Below are positions 53,967-64,000 of a DNA stretch of 64,000 nt, piece by piece (within the stretch, counting starts at the first letter, position 1; each line of letters opens with the position of its first letter). The notes beneath the pieces are model-generated. The model ran no database searches. It saw only the letters and a list, made by a program, of their open reading frames with translations, and had not been told where the DNA came from. The position numbers and the translations under genes were made by a program. This DNA is from Acutalibacteraceae bacterium (GTDB taxonomy: Bacteria > Actinomycetota > Coriobacteriia > Coriobacteriales > UMGS124), in contig CAVEWV010000003.1 in the NCBI GenBank assembly GCA_963619535.1, positions 2,263 through 66,262 of the forward strand. The letters run 5' to 3'.

Positions 53967-55238
53967 ATGGCAGAAGCGTATGACAAGTCCCTAGCCGCCA
54001 AGGCGGCCTCGCGCCGCATCGGGGCCCTGGGCAGCTCGCAGCGTAACGCCGCCCTCATGGCCATGGCCGCCCAGCTGCGTGCCCAGGCCCCGCGCATCCT
54101 TGCGGCAAACGCCGAGGACGTCGCCGCCGCCCAGGCCGCCGGTATCGCCGAGTCCCTCATCGACAGGCTCTTGCTCAACGAGGCTCGTGTCGAGGGGATG
54201 GCGCGCGGCCTTGAGGAGCTGGCCGCCCAGCCCGACCCGCTGGGACGCGTGCTCGACGGCTCCACGCTCTCCAACGGCCTCTCCATCCAGAAGGTCACCG
54301 TCCCCATGGGAGTCGTCGCCATCGTCTACGAGGCACGTCCCAACGTGACCTCCGACGCGGCGGGCATCTGCCTCAAGGCGGGCAACGCCTGCGTGCTGCG
54401 CGGCGGCTCCATCGCGGCGAGGTCCTGCCAGGCGGTGGTCGAGGCCCTGCGCGACGCCCTTGTGGGCTGCGGGCTTCCGGCTGATGCGGTGTGCCTGCTC
54501 ACCACGCCCGGCCATGCGGCGGTGGAGGAGCTGTTCGGCCTGGTGGGGCTTGTCGACGTCCTCATTCCGCGCGGCGGTGCGGGCCTCATCCGCAACTGCG
54601 TGGAGAACTCCAAGGTCCCCGTCATCGAGACGGGCACCGGCAACTGCCATGTCTACGTGCACGCCAGCGCCGACCAGGACATGGCGCTCGACATCATCCA
54701 CAACGCCAAGTGCCAGCGTCCGGGCGTGTGCAACGCATGCGAGTCCGTGCTGGTGGACGCGGCGGTTGCGGGGGAGTTCCTGCCGCGCCTGCTCTCTTCG
54801 TGCCAGGCGTGGGGCGTCCTCGTCCATGCCGATGAAACCACGGCAGGTGTTGCACAGGGCCTGGGGCTTGTGGAGGGCACGCACTGGGTCGCGGGAGGGG
54901 AGGACGACTGGGGCCGGGAGTATCTGGCCCTGGAGCTGTCCTGCAAGGTGGTCGAGGGGCTCGACGAGGCCGTCGGGCACATCAACCGGTACGGGACCGG
55001 CCACTCGGAGTGCATCGTGTGCAACGACTACGCGGCCAGCCAGGCGTTCCTTGCGGGCGTCGACGCCGCCGCCGTGTACGTCAATGCCTCCACGCGCTTC
55101 ACCGACGGGGGGATGTTCGGCCTGGGCGCCGAGATCGGCATCTCCACCCAGAAGCTCCATGCGCGCGGACCCATGGGGGCCGAGGCCCTCGTGAGCACGA
55201 AATACCTCTGCCGGGGCTCGGGCCAGGTTCGCGGCTGA
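53967..55238 (+). CDS. proA: gamma-glutamyl-phosphate reductase
   Basis: 423 aa. VIYEARPNVT-like IVYEARPNVTSDA, GNACVLRGG, CNACESVLV (catalytic Cys), GHSECIV motifs. Confidence 0.9.
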   Translation: MAEAYDKSLAAKAASRRIGALGSSQRNAALMAMAAQLRAQAPRILAANAEDVAAAQAAGIAESLIDRLLLNEARVEGMARGLEELAAQPDPLGRVLDGSTLSNGLSIQKVTVPMGVVAIVYEARPNVTSDAAGICLKAGNACVLRGGSIAARSCQAVVEALRDALVGCGLPADAVCLLTTPGHAAVEELFGLVGLVDVLIPRGGAGLIRNCVENSKVPVIETGTGNCHVYVHASADQDMALDIIHNAKCQRPGVCNACESVLVDAAVAGEFLPRLLSSCQAWGVLVHADETTAGVAQGLGLVEGTHWVAGGEDDWGREYLALELSCKVVEGLDEAVGHINRYGTGHSECIVCNDYAASQAFLAGVDAAAVYVNASTRFTDGGMFGLGAEIGISTQKLHARGPMGAEALVSTKYLCRGSGQVRG

Positions 55239-55909
55239 TGTCGCCCGACGAGCTGCTCGCGCGCCTGGGTGCGTGCGCGGGGCAGGGGGGCGACGCCTCC
55301 CTGGGCATCATGGGGGGCACTTTCGACCCCCCTCATGCCGGCCACCTCGCCATCGCGCGTCTTGCCCGCGAGCGGCTCGGCCTGACCGGCGTGCTCTTCA
55401 TCCCCGCGGGGGTCCCCTCCTTCAAGCGCGACAAGCCGGTGACCCCCGCGCGGCATCGCCTGGCCATGCTCGAGCTTGCCTTGCGCGACGAGCCTTCTTT
55501 CGCCCTGAGCAGGCTTGAGGTGGACCGCGCGGGCGTCACCTACACGGCGGACACCTTGGAGGAGCTGCGCTGCCTGTGCCCCGCCCAGACGCGCCTGGTC
55601 TTCATCATGGGAGGAGACTCCCTGCACACCCTGCCGCACTGGCGCCGAGCCGGCCGCATACTCGAGCTCGCCGAGGTCGCGGCCGTCGCCCGTGCCCGCT
55701 GTGACCTCTCGCGCGACGCCGCTGAGCTGCGCGCGTTGTACCCGCAGGCGAGAATCCACCTCCTGCACAGTCAGGCCGTCCCCGATGTCTCTTCCACCTA
55801 CCTGCGGTCCTGCCTGGCCCAGGGCCTCGACGCGCAGGGTCTCGTAAGCGAGCCCGTCCTGCGCTACATTCGCGCCGCGGGCCTGTATGGAAACCCATCG
55901 GCGGCCTAG
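55238..55909 (+). CDS. nadD: nicotinate-nucleotide adenylyltransferase
   Basis: The ATG at 55238 overlaps the proA TGA (TGATG). GIMGGTFDPPHAGHL (HxGH), ISSTxxR-like VSSTYLR. Confidence 0.9.
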   Translation: MSPDELLARLGACAGQGGDASLGIMGGTFDPPHAGHLAIARLARERLGLTGVLFIPAGVPSFKRDKPVTPARHRLAMLELALRDEPSFALSRLEVDRAGVTYTADTLEELRCLCPAQTRLVFIMGGDSLHTLPHWRRAGRILELAEVAAVARARCDLSRDAAELRALYPQARIHLLHSQAVPDVSSTYLRSCLAQGLDAQGLVSEPVLRYIRAAGLYGNPSAA

Positions 55910-55937
55910 CCGCATCTCATGTACGTTAGGAGGCCTT

Positions 55938-56639
55938 ATGGCCAAAGGAAAAGACAAGTCCAAGAAAGGGGAGGCCAAGCCCGGGGCCTTGTCTGACCTG
56001 GCACCCTGGGATGCGGGCTATGTGCCCCGCGAGCCCCTGTGCGACGCCGCCCAGGCCGAGCTTTTGGAGCGCTTGCGCCACGACGTCTCAGAGCGGCTCT
56101 GGGGCAAGCGCCTCACGCACTCCTTCGGCGTGTCGCAGACGGCCCTGTGGCTTGCCAGTCGCGAGGGCATCGACGAGTTCGACGCGGCGGCGGCCGGCCT
56201 TCTGCACGACTGGGACAAGAAGCTTCCCGCCGAGGAGCTCTGGGACAAGGTCGAACGCTATGGCCTCGACGTCCCCCGCGTGGAGGGGGCCCTTCCGGTG
56301 CTGCACGGCCTGACGGCCGCCGCGAGCCTTCCGGCCGAGTACCCCGAGCTGTCCGCCGATGTCTTCCAGGCCATCGCGCGGCACACGACGGGTGCCAAGG
56401 GCATGACGGGCTTGGACATGGCCGTCTACGTGGCGGACATGATAGAGCCCGGGCGCAGCGGCGACTTCGTCGAGGAGCTTCGCACGCTCAGCCGCACGGC
56501 CCCCTTGCGCCAGGTTTACGCCGAGTCGGTGAGGGTGGGGCTCATCTACCTTTTGGAATCGGGCCGATTCGTATATCCTAGCGCGTTGGAAGTTTGGAAC
56601 GATTGCAGGCAAGACGCCCCGGCGTCTCAAGCTAAATAA
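55938..56639 (+). CDS. yqeK: HD-domain phosphohydrolase YqeK (bis(5'-nucleosyl)-tetraphosphatase type)
   Basis: ATG at 55938 after AGGAGG. RLTHSFGV...GLLHDWDK HD motif. Canonical nadD-yqeK-rsfS order. Confidence 0.8.
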   Translation: MAKGKDKSKKGEAKPGALSDLAPWDAGYVPREPLCDAAQAELLERLRHDVSERLWGKRLTHSFGVSQTALWLASREGIDEFDAAAAGLLHDWDKKLPAEELWDKVERYGLDVPRVEGALPVLHGLTAAASLPAEYPELSADVFQAIARHTTGAKGMTGLDMAVYVADMIEPGRSGDFVEELRTLSRTAPLRQVYAESVRVGLIYLLESGRFVYPSALEVWNDCRQDAPASQAK

Positions 56640-56648
56640 GGAGCTGCT

Positions 56649-57098
56649 TTGAACTCTCAGGAACTTGCATACGAGGTCGCACGCATCATCGACAGCAAGG
56701 TCGGCCACGACATCCTCATCATCGACCTGCGCGGCATCGCCGACATCGCTGAGTTCTTCGTCATCGCCACGGGCGACAACAACCGTCAGGTCGACGCCAT
56801 CGTCGACGAGATCGAGAACCAGCTGCGCCCCAAGGACGTCCGCGCCATCGCCATCGACGGCCGCGAGGACAACACGTGGGACATCCTCGACTTCGGCAGC
56901 GTCATCGCACACGTCTTCCAGCCTCAGGCCCGCGCCTTCTACCGCCTCGAGAAGCTGTGGGCCGACGCCCCCTGCACCGAGTTCGCCGACGGCGTGGCCA
57001 CCCCGCGCAACGCCGGCACGGCTGACCGTCAGAGCGCCGAGTCCGAGGACGCCGACGCCGACGCCGCTGCCGCTGTGGCCGAGCTTCCCTGCGAGTAA
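56649..57098 (+). CDS. rsfS: ribosome silencing factor RsfS (Iojap family) with a C-terminal acidic extension
   Basis: 149 aa, TTG start. DILIIDLRGIADIAEFFVIATG...WDILDFGSVIAHVFQPQARAFYRLEKLW. Confidence 0.85.
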   Translation: MNSQELAYEVARIIDSKVGHDILIIDLRGIADIAEFFVIATGDNNRQVDAIVDEIENQLRPKDVRAIAIDGREDNTWDILDFGSVIAHVFQPQARAFYRLEKLWADAPCTEFADGVATPRNAGTADRQSAESEDADADAAAAVAELPCE

Positions 57099-57203
57099 GC
57101 CCCAAGGCGTGCCGGCGCCCTTCTTGGGCTGGCGCTCCACGAAAGTGAGACGCGTCCGGCATTCATCGCGTTGAAGATAGAGCGGGACGGCGCCCTTCGG
57201 GAG

Positions 57204-58508
57204 TTAGAACTCCACGAAGAACGTCGTCCCGTCCTTTTCGGTGCTCGTGACGCCGATGTGGGCGCCTTGGCCCTCGGCGATGCTCTTGGCAATCGCCAGG
57301 CCCAGCCCGTAGCTGGCCGAGGTTCCCCTCGTGCGGGCCGCGTCGCTTCGCCAGAACCTGTCAAACACCCTCGGCAGATCCTCTGCGGGGATGGTGGGGC
57401 CCGTGTTGTTCACACTGAGCAGCGCGTGGCCCTTCTTCTTTTCGGTGAGGCTCACGCGCACGCGCCCGTCCTTGCCCGCATATTTCACGGCGTTGTCCAG
57501 CAGCGACTTCACGAGGCGCTCCATCTGGGTGCGGTCGGCTTTGACCTGCACGCCTTCCTTGATGTCCTCCACCAGCTCCACACCGGCCTCGAACGCCACG
57601 GCGTCAAACGCCAGGCACGACTCCTCCACGAGCGCGGTGAGGTTCAGGTCCTCGGCACCCTTATTCCTCTCGACGCCCTTCTCGTCGCTGCGTGCCAGGA
57701 ACAGCAGCTCCTCCACCAGGCCTTTCATATGATGCGCCTCGTCGGAGATGCCCTTGACCCACTTCATCTGGTCGGCCACGGTGGCCTCGGGGTGTGCCTG
57801 GATGATGTCGGCGTCGGCCAACACCACGGTCAGGGGGGTCTTGAGCTCATGCGAGGCGTCCGCGATGAACTCGGCCTGCTGGTCCCAGGCCTTCTTCACG
57901 GGGCGGGTGATGAGGTGGGCGAGCACCCCGCTCACCAGCGCGACGAGGATGAGCGTGAGCGCGAAGACCAGCAGGAACCCCGACTGGGTGGCCTTCATCG
58001 ACGAGAGGAACGCCGTGGCGTCGGCAAACGCGATGACGAACTGGCCGCTTTGGTTCGACTTGATGCAATAGAAGAGCCGCAGGTCGGTGAAGACGCCCGT
58101 GCCGTTCCCGACCGAGATCGTGCGCTGGATGGCCTCCGCGCGCACCGACTGCGACATCGCCTCGTAGTCGGCGTTGTATTGGATGATGGTGCCTTCGTCG
58201 GGGTCGTAGGTGATGAGGGCGATGGGCGTGAACGAGCTGCGCTTCTGCTTGTAGTGGGCTTGGGACCCGTCGTCGGCGAGGCCGTCGTAGTCGTCCTCGT
58301 CGTACAGGTCGGGCGCGCCCCAACCGCCTATGTTGAACGAGACGTTCACGCTCGGGCCGTACTTCACGGCGTCCTCGAGCTCCTGCGCGAACGTCTCGAA
58401 CGACTTGTTCCAGATCGTCGTGTTGAGGATGGCGAAGGCCACCGCGAACACCACGGTGGCCATGGCCATGATCGTCATGAAGATTCGTACGCGCAGTTTC
58501 TGGAGCAT
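57204..58508 (-). CDS. sensor histidine kinase (two TM, extracytoplasmic sensor, HisKA + HATPase_c)
   Basis: 434 aa. H box ADASHELKTPLTVV, N box LLDNAVKYA, G boxes NTGPTI / GLGLAIAKS. Confidence 0.85.
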   Translation of the reverse strand: MLQKLRVRIFMTIMAMATVVFAVAFAILNTTIWNKSFETFAQELEDAVKYGPSVNVSFNIGGWGAPDLYDEDDYDGLADDGSQAHYKQKRSSFTPIALITYDPDEGTIIQYNADYEAMSQSVRAEAIQRTISVGNGTGVFTDLRLFYCIKSNQSGQFVIAFADATAFLSSMKATQSGFLLVFALTLILVALVSGVLAHLITRPVKKAWDQQAEFIADASHELKTPLTVVLADADIIQAHPEATVADQMKWVKGISDEAHHMKGLVEELLFLARSDEKGVERNKGAEDLNLTALVEESCLAFDAVAFEAGVELVEDIKEGVQVKADRTQMERLVKSLLDNAVKYAGKDGRVRVSLTEKKKGHALLSVNNTGPTIPAEDLPRVFDRFWRSDAARTRGTSASYGLGLAIAKSIAEGQGAHIGVTSTEKDGTTFFVEF

Positions 58509-58520
58509 GCTTGCGTGTCC

Positions 58521-59225
<705 letters not shown>

Positions 59226-59235
59226 GGCGGCCTTC

Positions 59236-59370
59236 TTTCAGGGGCGGGGCCTTACGTTTTCAGGTTTATGCTAACAAGGGGCGCTGAACCTCTTCTGAAA
59301 CGGTGCCGCGCACGCAGGTTTACAACAAAACCCGAGGCCGTTTCAGCTATACCTCAAGGTTTTTCAGCGC
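59236..59370. promoter_or_regulatory. TTTCAG motif array and nested inverted repeats in the divergent TCS/rpsP spacer (function unknown, candidate operator)
   Basis: TTTCAGG at 59236 and 59258. CTGAA at 59284 and CTGAAA at 59295 (opposite orientation). TTTCAG at 59341 and 59362. GCGCTGAA (59281-88) is the reverse complement of TTCAGCGC (59363-70). CTGAAACGG (59295-303) is the reverse complement of CCGTTTCAG (59338-46). Confidence 0.6.
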
Positions 59371-59413
59371 AATCGTGCGGCTTGTGGAGTGGCTGAGATG
59401 TGTAAATCCCTCG

Positions 59414-59442
59414 CTGCAAAACGCTTCCAGTTGTCGTAGAAT
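59414..59442 (+). promoter_or_regulatory. candidate promoter for the rpsP operon
   Basis: CTGCAA (59414-59419), 17-nt spacer, TAGAAT (59437-59442), 55 nt upstream of the rpsP TTG start. Confidence 0.45.
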
Positions 59443-59497
59443 ACCCAGTCGCTATGTATCGACATGTGGCTGAGCCACAAGTACTGAGGAGCTTTCA

Positions 59498-59743
59498 TTG
59501 GCTGTCAAGATTCGTCTCGCTCGTCACGGTTCCAAGAAGAACCCTTACTATCGTATCGTCGTCGCCGATGCCCGTTGCCCTCGCGACGGCCGTAAGGTCG
59601 AGGAGGTCGGCCGCTACAACCCCATGGTTGAGCCGTCCTTCGTCTCCATGGACATGGAGAAGGTCGACTCTTGGATCGCCAAGGGCGCTCAGCCCACTGA
59701 GACCGTCGCTCGTCTGATCAAGCAGGTCAAGGACGCCCAGTAA
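59498..59743 (+). CDS. rpsP: 30S ribosomal protein S16
   Basis: 81 aa, TTG start after [31 protein letters not shown]. Confidence 0.95.
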   Translation: MAVKIRLARHGSKKNPYYRIVVADARCPRDGRKVEEVGRYNPMVEPSFVSMDMEKVDSWIAKGAQPTETVARLIKQVKDAQ

Positions 59744-60033
59744 TGACTGAGGTCCTCGAAACGGTTGATGAGGCGGCCGAGGAGGCTATGCCCAGCGATA
59801 ACGTATGCGACCTTATTGAGTACATGGTCGCGTCGCTTGTCGATAACCCGGATTCAATCGTTATTGACGTTACCGACTCCGACGAATCCTCTCTCATCGA
59901 GGTCCATGTCGACCCCGAGGACGTGGGCAAGGTCGTGGGCAGGCACGGGCGCGTCATCAAGTCGATTCGCACCCTTGCGAGGGCTTGCGCCGCTCGCGAC
60001 GAGATCAACGCCGAAGTCGAGGTTATAGGATAA
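59743..60033 (+). CDS. KH-domain RNA-binding protein (UPF0109/YlqC family)
   Basis: 96 aa, TAATG overlap with rpsP. VDPEDVGKVVGRHGRVIKSIRTL (GxxG KH motif). Conserved rpsP-KH-rimM-trmD order. Confidence 0.85.
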   Translation: MTEVLETVDEAAEEAMPSDNVCDLIEYMVASLVDNPDSIVIDVTDSDESSLIEVHVDPEDVGKVVGRHGRVIKSIRTLARACAARDEINAEVEVIG

Positions 60034-60037
60034 CGAT

Positions 60038-60571
60038 ATGAATCACGATAGCGTGACGGACTACATCAACGTCGCGCGCATATCGAGGACTCATGGCAAG
60101 AAAGGGGAGGTCGTCGCAGTTCCACTCGACGGCCTCCCCTTTTGCATAAAGCCCGGTATGCGCGTGTGCCTCACCCCGCCCGAGATCGGCCTGGAGCGCT
60201 TCTGCACGGTGGAGAGCGTCGGCACCGGGGAGATTCCCCTGGTGGGGCTTTCGTGCTCGCACGACCTCAACGAGGCGGAGCGCCTCGTGGGCAAGCTCGT
60301 GCTGGCCAGCCGCGAAGACGTCCCGGAGTTCGTCGAGGAGCAGGGCTTCCTCGACTGCGTAGGCTGCACCATGGTCGATGTGGAGGCCGGGCCTGTGGGC
60401 GTCATCACCGAGCTCATGATGCTTCCCGCCAACGACGTGTGGGCGGTCCGCTCCGACAGGTACGGAGAGGTCCTGGTCCCCGTCTTGGAAGACGTGGTGC
60501 TGGAGCTGCCCGAGGGCCCGGACGGGTCGGTCGTGGTGAGGCTGCCCCGCGGAATCCTGCCTGAGGACTAG
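60038..60571 (+). CDS. rimM: 16S rRNA processing protein RimM
   Basis: 177 aa. VARISRTHGKKGEVV (RimM N-domain), C-terminal PRC barrel (ANDVWAVRSDRYGEVLVPVLEDVV). Confidence 0.85.
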   Translation: MNHDSVTDYINVARISRTHGKKGEVVAVPLDGLPFCIKPGMRVCLTPPEIGLERFCTVESVGTGEIPLVGLSCSHDLNEAERLVGKLVLASREDVPEFVEEQGFLDCVGCTMVDVEAGPVGVITELMMLPANDVWAVRSDRYGEVLVPVLEDVVLELPEGPDGSVVVRLPRGILPED

Positions 60572-60577
60572 GTCTGT

Positions 60578-61372
60578 ATGTCCATATGCATCGAGACGCT
60601 CGGCGTCTTCCCCCAGATGTTCGAGCCCATCATGTCGCTGTCCATCATGGGAAGGGCGCGCAAGGGCGGTTTCCTTGACTTCCGCGCCCATGACCTGCGC
60701 GATTGGACCCACGACCGCCATCGCACGGTGGACGACAGCCCCTACGGCGGTGGCCAGGGAATGCTCATGAAGTGCGAGCCGTTCTTCGAGGCGCTCGACG
60801 ATTTGGTGGACGACGCCAACCCGGCGTACGTGGTGTTCTTCACGCCCACGGGCCGCCCCTTCAACCAGGCCATGGCCGAGGAGCTCTCGCACAAGGACCG
60901 CATCCTGTTTGTGTGCGGCCACTACGAGGGAATGGACGAGCGCGTCTACTCCCGCGCCGACTTGTGCATCTCGCTGGGAGACTATGTGCTCACCGGGGGA
61001 GAGCTGGCGGCCCTTACGGTGACCGACGCCGTGGTGCGCCTCATCCCCGGCGTCTTGGGAGACGACCAGAGCTGCGTCGACGAGTCGTTCGGCTCCGGCC
61101 TGCTCGAGTACTCCCAGTACACCCGCCCGGCCATCTGCCGCGACATGGCCGTACCGCCGGTGCTGCTCGGCGGCGACCACGCCAAGGTCGCTGCCTGGCG
61201 CCGTGCCGACTCCATCGCCCGGACCTGCGCGCGCCGTCCCGACCTCATCGAGACGGCCGACCTGAGCCAGGCTGAGCGCCGTGCGGCTCAGGAGCTGATC
61301 GAGCGGCTCGCACAGGGCCAGGATTACGACCAGGCGGCTATTGAGGTCTTTGACATTCTTCGGCAGGACTGA
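60578..61372 (+). CDS. trmD: tRNA (guanine37-N1)-methyltransferase
   Basis: 264 aa. DDSPYGGGQGMLMK, FVCGHYEGMDERV, SLGDYVLTGGELAAL, YTRPA motifs. Confidence 0.9.
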   Translation: MSICIETLGVFPQMFEPIMSLSIMGRARKGGFLDFRAHDLRDWTHDRHRTVDDSPYGGGQGMLMKCEPFFEALDDLVDDANPAYVVFFTPTGRPFNQAMAEELSHKDRILFVCGHYEGMDERVYSRADLCISLGDYVLTGGELAALTVTDAVVRLIPGVLGDDQSCVDESFGSGLLEYSQYTRPAICRDMAVPPVLLGGDHAKVAAWRRADSIARTCARRPDLIETADLSQAERRAAQELIERLAQGQDYDQAAIEVFDILRQD

Positions 61373-61466
61373 CCTTGCGCGCCCCGGCGCCTCGGGGCAG
61401 TACTAGAATGTACGTTCTTGCGCCGCGCGCATGACGTGCCGCATGCCGAAGTGAGGAGGTTCGTTT

Positions 61467-62252
61467 GTGAGTGTCATTACCTACAACCCCGAGGACAAGC
61501 CCCAGGAGTCGGGCGTGACGCAGAGCAAGGCGGCTGCAGCCGACTTCCCGCAGGAGCCGTCCGGCCAGTCGGGCGATGCGAACCCGGGCACGGGCGAGGC
61601 GCCCAAGCGCTCCTGGCTCAGCGGCATCATGGAGTTTGTGGTCGCCTTCGCGATCATGCTGGCCGCGATACTGGCCCTGCGCACGTGGGTCATCGAGCCT
61701 TTCGAGATCCCCTCCGGCTCCATGCTCCAGACCATCCAGATCGGCGACCGCGTGTTTGCCGAGAAGATAACCACGGCGCTCAACGACATGCCCACCCAGG
61801 GCGAGATCGTGACCTTCACCAACCCCCGCGACGACTCGGAGACGCTGATCAAGCGCGTCATCGCCGTGGGCGGGCAGACCATCGACCTGCGCGACGGCGT
61901 GGTGTACGTGGACGGCGTGGCGCTTGACGAGCCCTACACTAACGGCCAGGCCACAAAGCCCATGACCTGCGATTTGTCCTACGTGGGGGCGGTCCTGTCG
62001 GTTGACGGGTCCGGCCAGGCGGAGCTCAACGAGACGGGCACGCGCACCAACGCCCAGATCACCTACCCCTACACCATCCCCGAGGGCTACTTCTGGGTCA
62101 TGGGCGACAACCGCGGCAACTCGGCGGACTCGCGCGTGTTCGGCCCGGTCAAGGCGACCGCCATCACCGGCCATGCCGTGTGGCGCTACTGGCCGCTCTT
62201 CCGCACGTCTGAGGACGGCACCCTCGAGCTGGCCATAGGCACGCTCGATTAA
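61467..62252 (+). CDS. lepB: signal peptidase I
   Basis: 261 aa, GTG start after GAGGAGG. TM, then catalytic SGSMLQT (Ser), [10 protein letters not shown] (Lys), [11 protein letters not shown] boxes. Confidence 0.9.
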   Translation: MSVITYNPEDKPQESGVTQSKAAAADFPQEPSGQSGDANPGTGEAPKRSWLSGIMEFVVAFAIMLAAILALRTWVIEPFEIPSGSMLQTIQIGDRVFAEKITTALNDMPTQGEIVTFTNPRDDSETLIKRVIAVGGQTIDLRDGVVYVDGVALDEPYTNGQATKPMTCDLSYVGAVLSVDGSGQAELNETGTRTNAQITYPYTIPEGYFWVMGDNRGNSADSRVFGPVKATAITGHAVWRYWPLFRTSEDGTLELAIGTLD

Positions 62253-62325
62253 ACACCGCAATAGCGTATGCAAGATGAGGCGGGCCGCCAGGCTCGCCCC
62301 TCGTTCGATAGGAAGGAAGTCCGCG

Positions 62326-63231
62326 ATGAACAAGGATGCCCTGACGTTCCAGGAGATCATCCTCGCCCTGCAAAACTACTGGGCATCCCAGGGCTGCGTT
62401 GTCCTGCAGCCCTATGACTCCGAGGTGGGCGCCGGCACGTTCCACTGGGCCACGACGCTGCGCGCCCTGGGCGACAAGCCCTGGCGCACCTGCTACGCGC
62501 AGCCCTGCCGCCGCCCCGCCGACGGCCGCTACGGCGAGAACCCCAACCGCCTGCAGCACTACTACCAGTTCCAGGTCCTCATGAAGCCCTCGCCCGACAA
62601 CCCCCAGGAGCTCTACCTGGACTCCCTGCGCACCATCGGCATCGAGCCCGCCGAGCACGACGTGCGCTTCGTCGAAGACGACTGGGAGAGCCCCACGCTG
62701 GGCGCCTGGGGTCTGGGCTGGGAGGTCTGGCTCAACGGCATGGAGGTCACCCAGTTCACCTACTTCCAGCAGGTGGGCGGCATCGAGGTGGGTCCCGTCC
62801 CCGTCGAGATCACCTACGGCCTGGAGCGCCTCGCCATGTACATCCAGGGCGTCGACTCGGTGTACGACCTCGTGTGGGCGCGCGGCGCCGACGGCAGCGT
62901 CTTCACCTACGGCGACGTGTACCTTGAGAACGAGCGTGAGTTCTCCACCTACAACTTCGAGCTCGCCGACGTGGACCTCATGCGTCGCAAGTTCGACGAG
63001 TACGAGGCCGAGTGCCACCACTGCCTCGAGGCCGGCCAGCCCCTGCCGGCATACGACTGCGTGCTCAAGTGCTCGCATGCCTTCAACCTGCTCGACTCCC
63101 GCGGCGCCATCAGCGCCACCGAGCGCGCAGCGTACATCCTTCGCGTCCGCGCCGTCGCCAAGGCCTGCTGCGAGGCCTGGCAGGCGCATGAGGACGCCGT
63201 CGCCCAGAAGAACGCCCAGGAGGTGGCCTAG
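62326..63231 (+). CDS. glyQ: glycine-tRNA ligase alpha subunit
   Basis: Internal ATG at 62326 after [70 protein letters not shown]. Confidence 0.95.
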   Translation: MNKDALTFQEIILALQNYWASQGCVVLQPYDSEVGAGTFHWATTLRALGDKPWRTCYAQPCRRPADGRYGENPNRLQHYYQFQVLMKPSPDNPQELYLDSLRTIGIEPAEHDVRFVEDDWESPTLGAWGLGWEVWLNGMEVTQFTYFQQVGGIEVGPVPVEITYGLERLAMYIQGVDSVYDLVWARGADGSVFTYGDVYLENEREFSTYNFELADVDLMRRKFDEYEAECHHCLEAGQPLPAYDCVLKCSHAFNLLDSRGAISATERAAYILRVRAVAKACCEAWQAHEDAVAQKNAQEVA

Positions 63232-63233
63232 CC

Positions 63234-64000
63234 ATGGCTTCGACCAAGGAGCTTGTGTTTGAGATCGGTACCGAGGAGCTGCCCAGCGCCGCCCTCAACA
63301 AGGCAATCGCGGCCATGGCCGAGCTTGTCCAGGACGGCCTGAAGTCGGCCCACCTGGCCTGCGAGGGCGTCGAGGTCATGGGCACCCCGCGCCGCATCGC
63401 CACGTTCCTGCACGGCGTGGCCGCCTCGACCGACCAGATCGAGGAGCACTTCCGCGGCCCGGCCGCCGCTGCCGCCTTCGACGCCGAGGGCAACCCCACG
63501 AAGGCCGCCATGGGCTTCGCCCGCGGCAAGGGCGCCGACGCCGGCGAGCTGGTCGTGCGCGAGCAGGACGGCAAGAGCTACGTGTGGATCGACCGCACCA
63601 CGGCCGCCCGTCCCGCCCAGGAGGTCCTCGTCGAGGTCCTCGCCGGCGCGGCCGGCAAGATCAACGACAAGCTCACCGGCCTGCGCACCCAGCGCTGGGG
63701 CTCCACGCCCTACCGCTTCTCGCGCCCGGTGCGCTGGGTCCTGTGCCTGCTCGACGACGAGGTCGTCCCCGTCGAGTTCTGCGGCCATGTGGCCGGCCGC
63801 ACCACGCACGGACACCGCCTCATGAACCCCGGCACCTACGAGGTCCCCAGCGCCGGCGAGTACGTGTCGGTGCTCGAGGGCGCCCATGTGGTCGTCTCCG
63901 GCTCCCGCCGCGAGCAGGTCATCCGCGAGGGCATCGCGCAGGTCGAGGCGCAGCGCGGCCTCAAGGCCGACACCCCCAAGAAGACCTTCGACGAGGTCGT
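63234..64000 (+). CDS. glyS: glycine-tRNA ligase beta subunit (5' part; continues beyond the window end)
   Basis: ATG at 63234, 2 nt after the glyQ stop. MASTKELVFEIGTEELPSAAL...GTPRRIATF. It is not in the ORF track because it is open at the window edge. Confidence 0.85.
   Translation, partial: MASTKELVFEIGTEELPSAALNKAIAAMAELVQDGLKSAHLACEGVEVMGTPRRIATFLHGVAASTDQIEEHFRGPAAAAAFDAEGNPTKAAMGFARGKGADAGELVVREQDGKSYVWIDRTTAARPAQEVLVEVLAGAAGKINDKLTGLRTQRWGSTPYRFSRPVRWVLCLLDDEVVPVEFCGHVAGRTTHGHRLMNPGTYEVPSAGEYVSVLEGAHVVVSGSRREQVIREGIAQVEAQRGLKADTPKKTFDEV

Noticed and set aside
62253-62325. T-box leader upstream of glyQS, as found in many Firmicutes.
   Set aside because: The spacer between lepB and glyQ is only 73 nt, far too short for a T-box (about 200 nt or more). 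It shows no specifier-loop or T-box consensus sequence.

Overview
High-GC (roughly 65%, by eye) bacterial chromosome segment. It is almost entirely core housekeeping DNA and is densely packed, with about 62 CDS and 4 tRNAs. I saw no rRNA, CRISPR array, transposase, integrase or phage genes. Gene order combines an actinobacterial hallmark block (uvrC / rapZ-yvcK-whiA / gap-pgk-tpiA-...-secG) with a Clostridia/Bacilli-like supercluster (mreBCD-pbp2-rodA-radical SAM-DUF2344-rng-like / rplU-rpmA-obg-proBA-nadD-yqeK-rsfS / rpsP-KH-rimM-trmD-lepB / glyQS). That mix fits a Coriobacteriia-type Actinomycetota genome, but this is a guess from synteny and composition, not a search result. All calls rest on reading the supplied translations, recognising family motifs, and hand-checking start codons, RBSs, tRNA cloverleaves and hairpins. 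No HMM, BLAST or covariance search was run. Many very long ORFs in the track are antisense or alternate-frame artefacts of the GC content and were discarded. The items most worth a second look: (1) The tail of the mre/rodA operon has four translationally coupled genes: a P-loop-less GTPase-like/DUF697-like protein, a function-unknown radical-SAM enzyme, its DUF2344 partner, and a truncated RNase E/G homologue in which both catalytic aspartates appear to be replaced. (2) An orphan partner-switching module sits between tRNA genes: a GAF-PP2C phosphatase plus a single-chain STAS-RsbW-like kinase fusion, with no sigma factor nearby. (3) A membrane-anchored LRR protein has two canonical EF-hand calcium loops and is inserted antiparallel into the otherwise conserved uvrC-rapZ junction. 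(4) An array of TTTCAG motifs and nested inverted repeats lies in the divergent spacer between a two-component operon and rpsP. (5) PPK1 carries a 141-aa low-complexity tail ending in an amphipathic helix. Nothing here is demonstrably a new system. Items 1 and 2 are the best candidates for undescribed biology.
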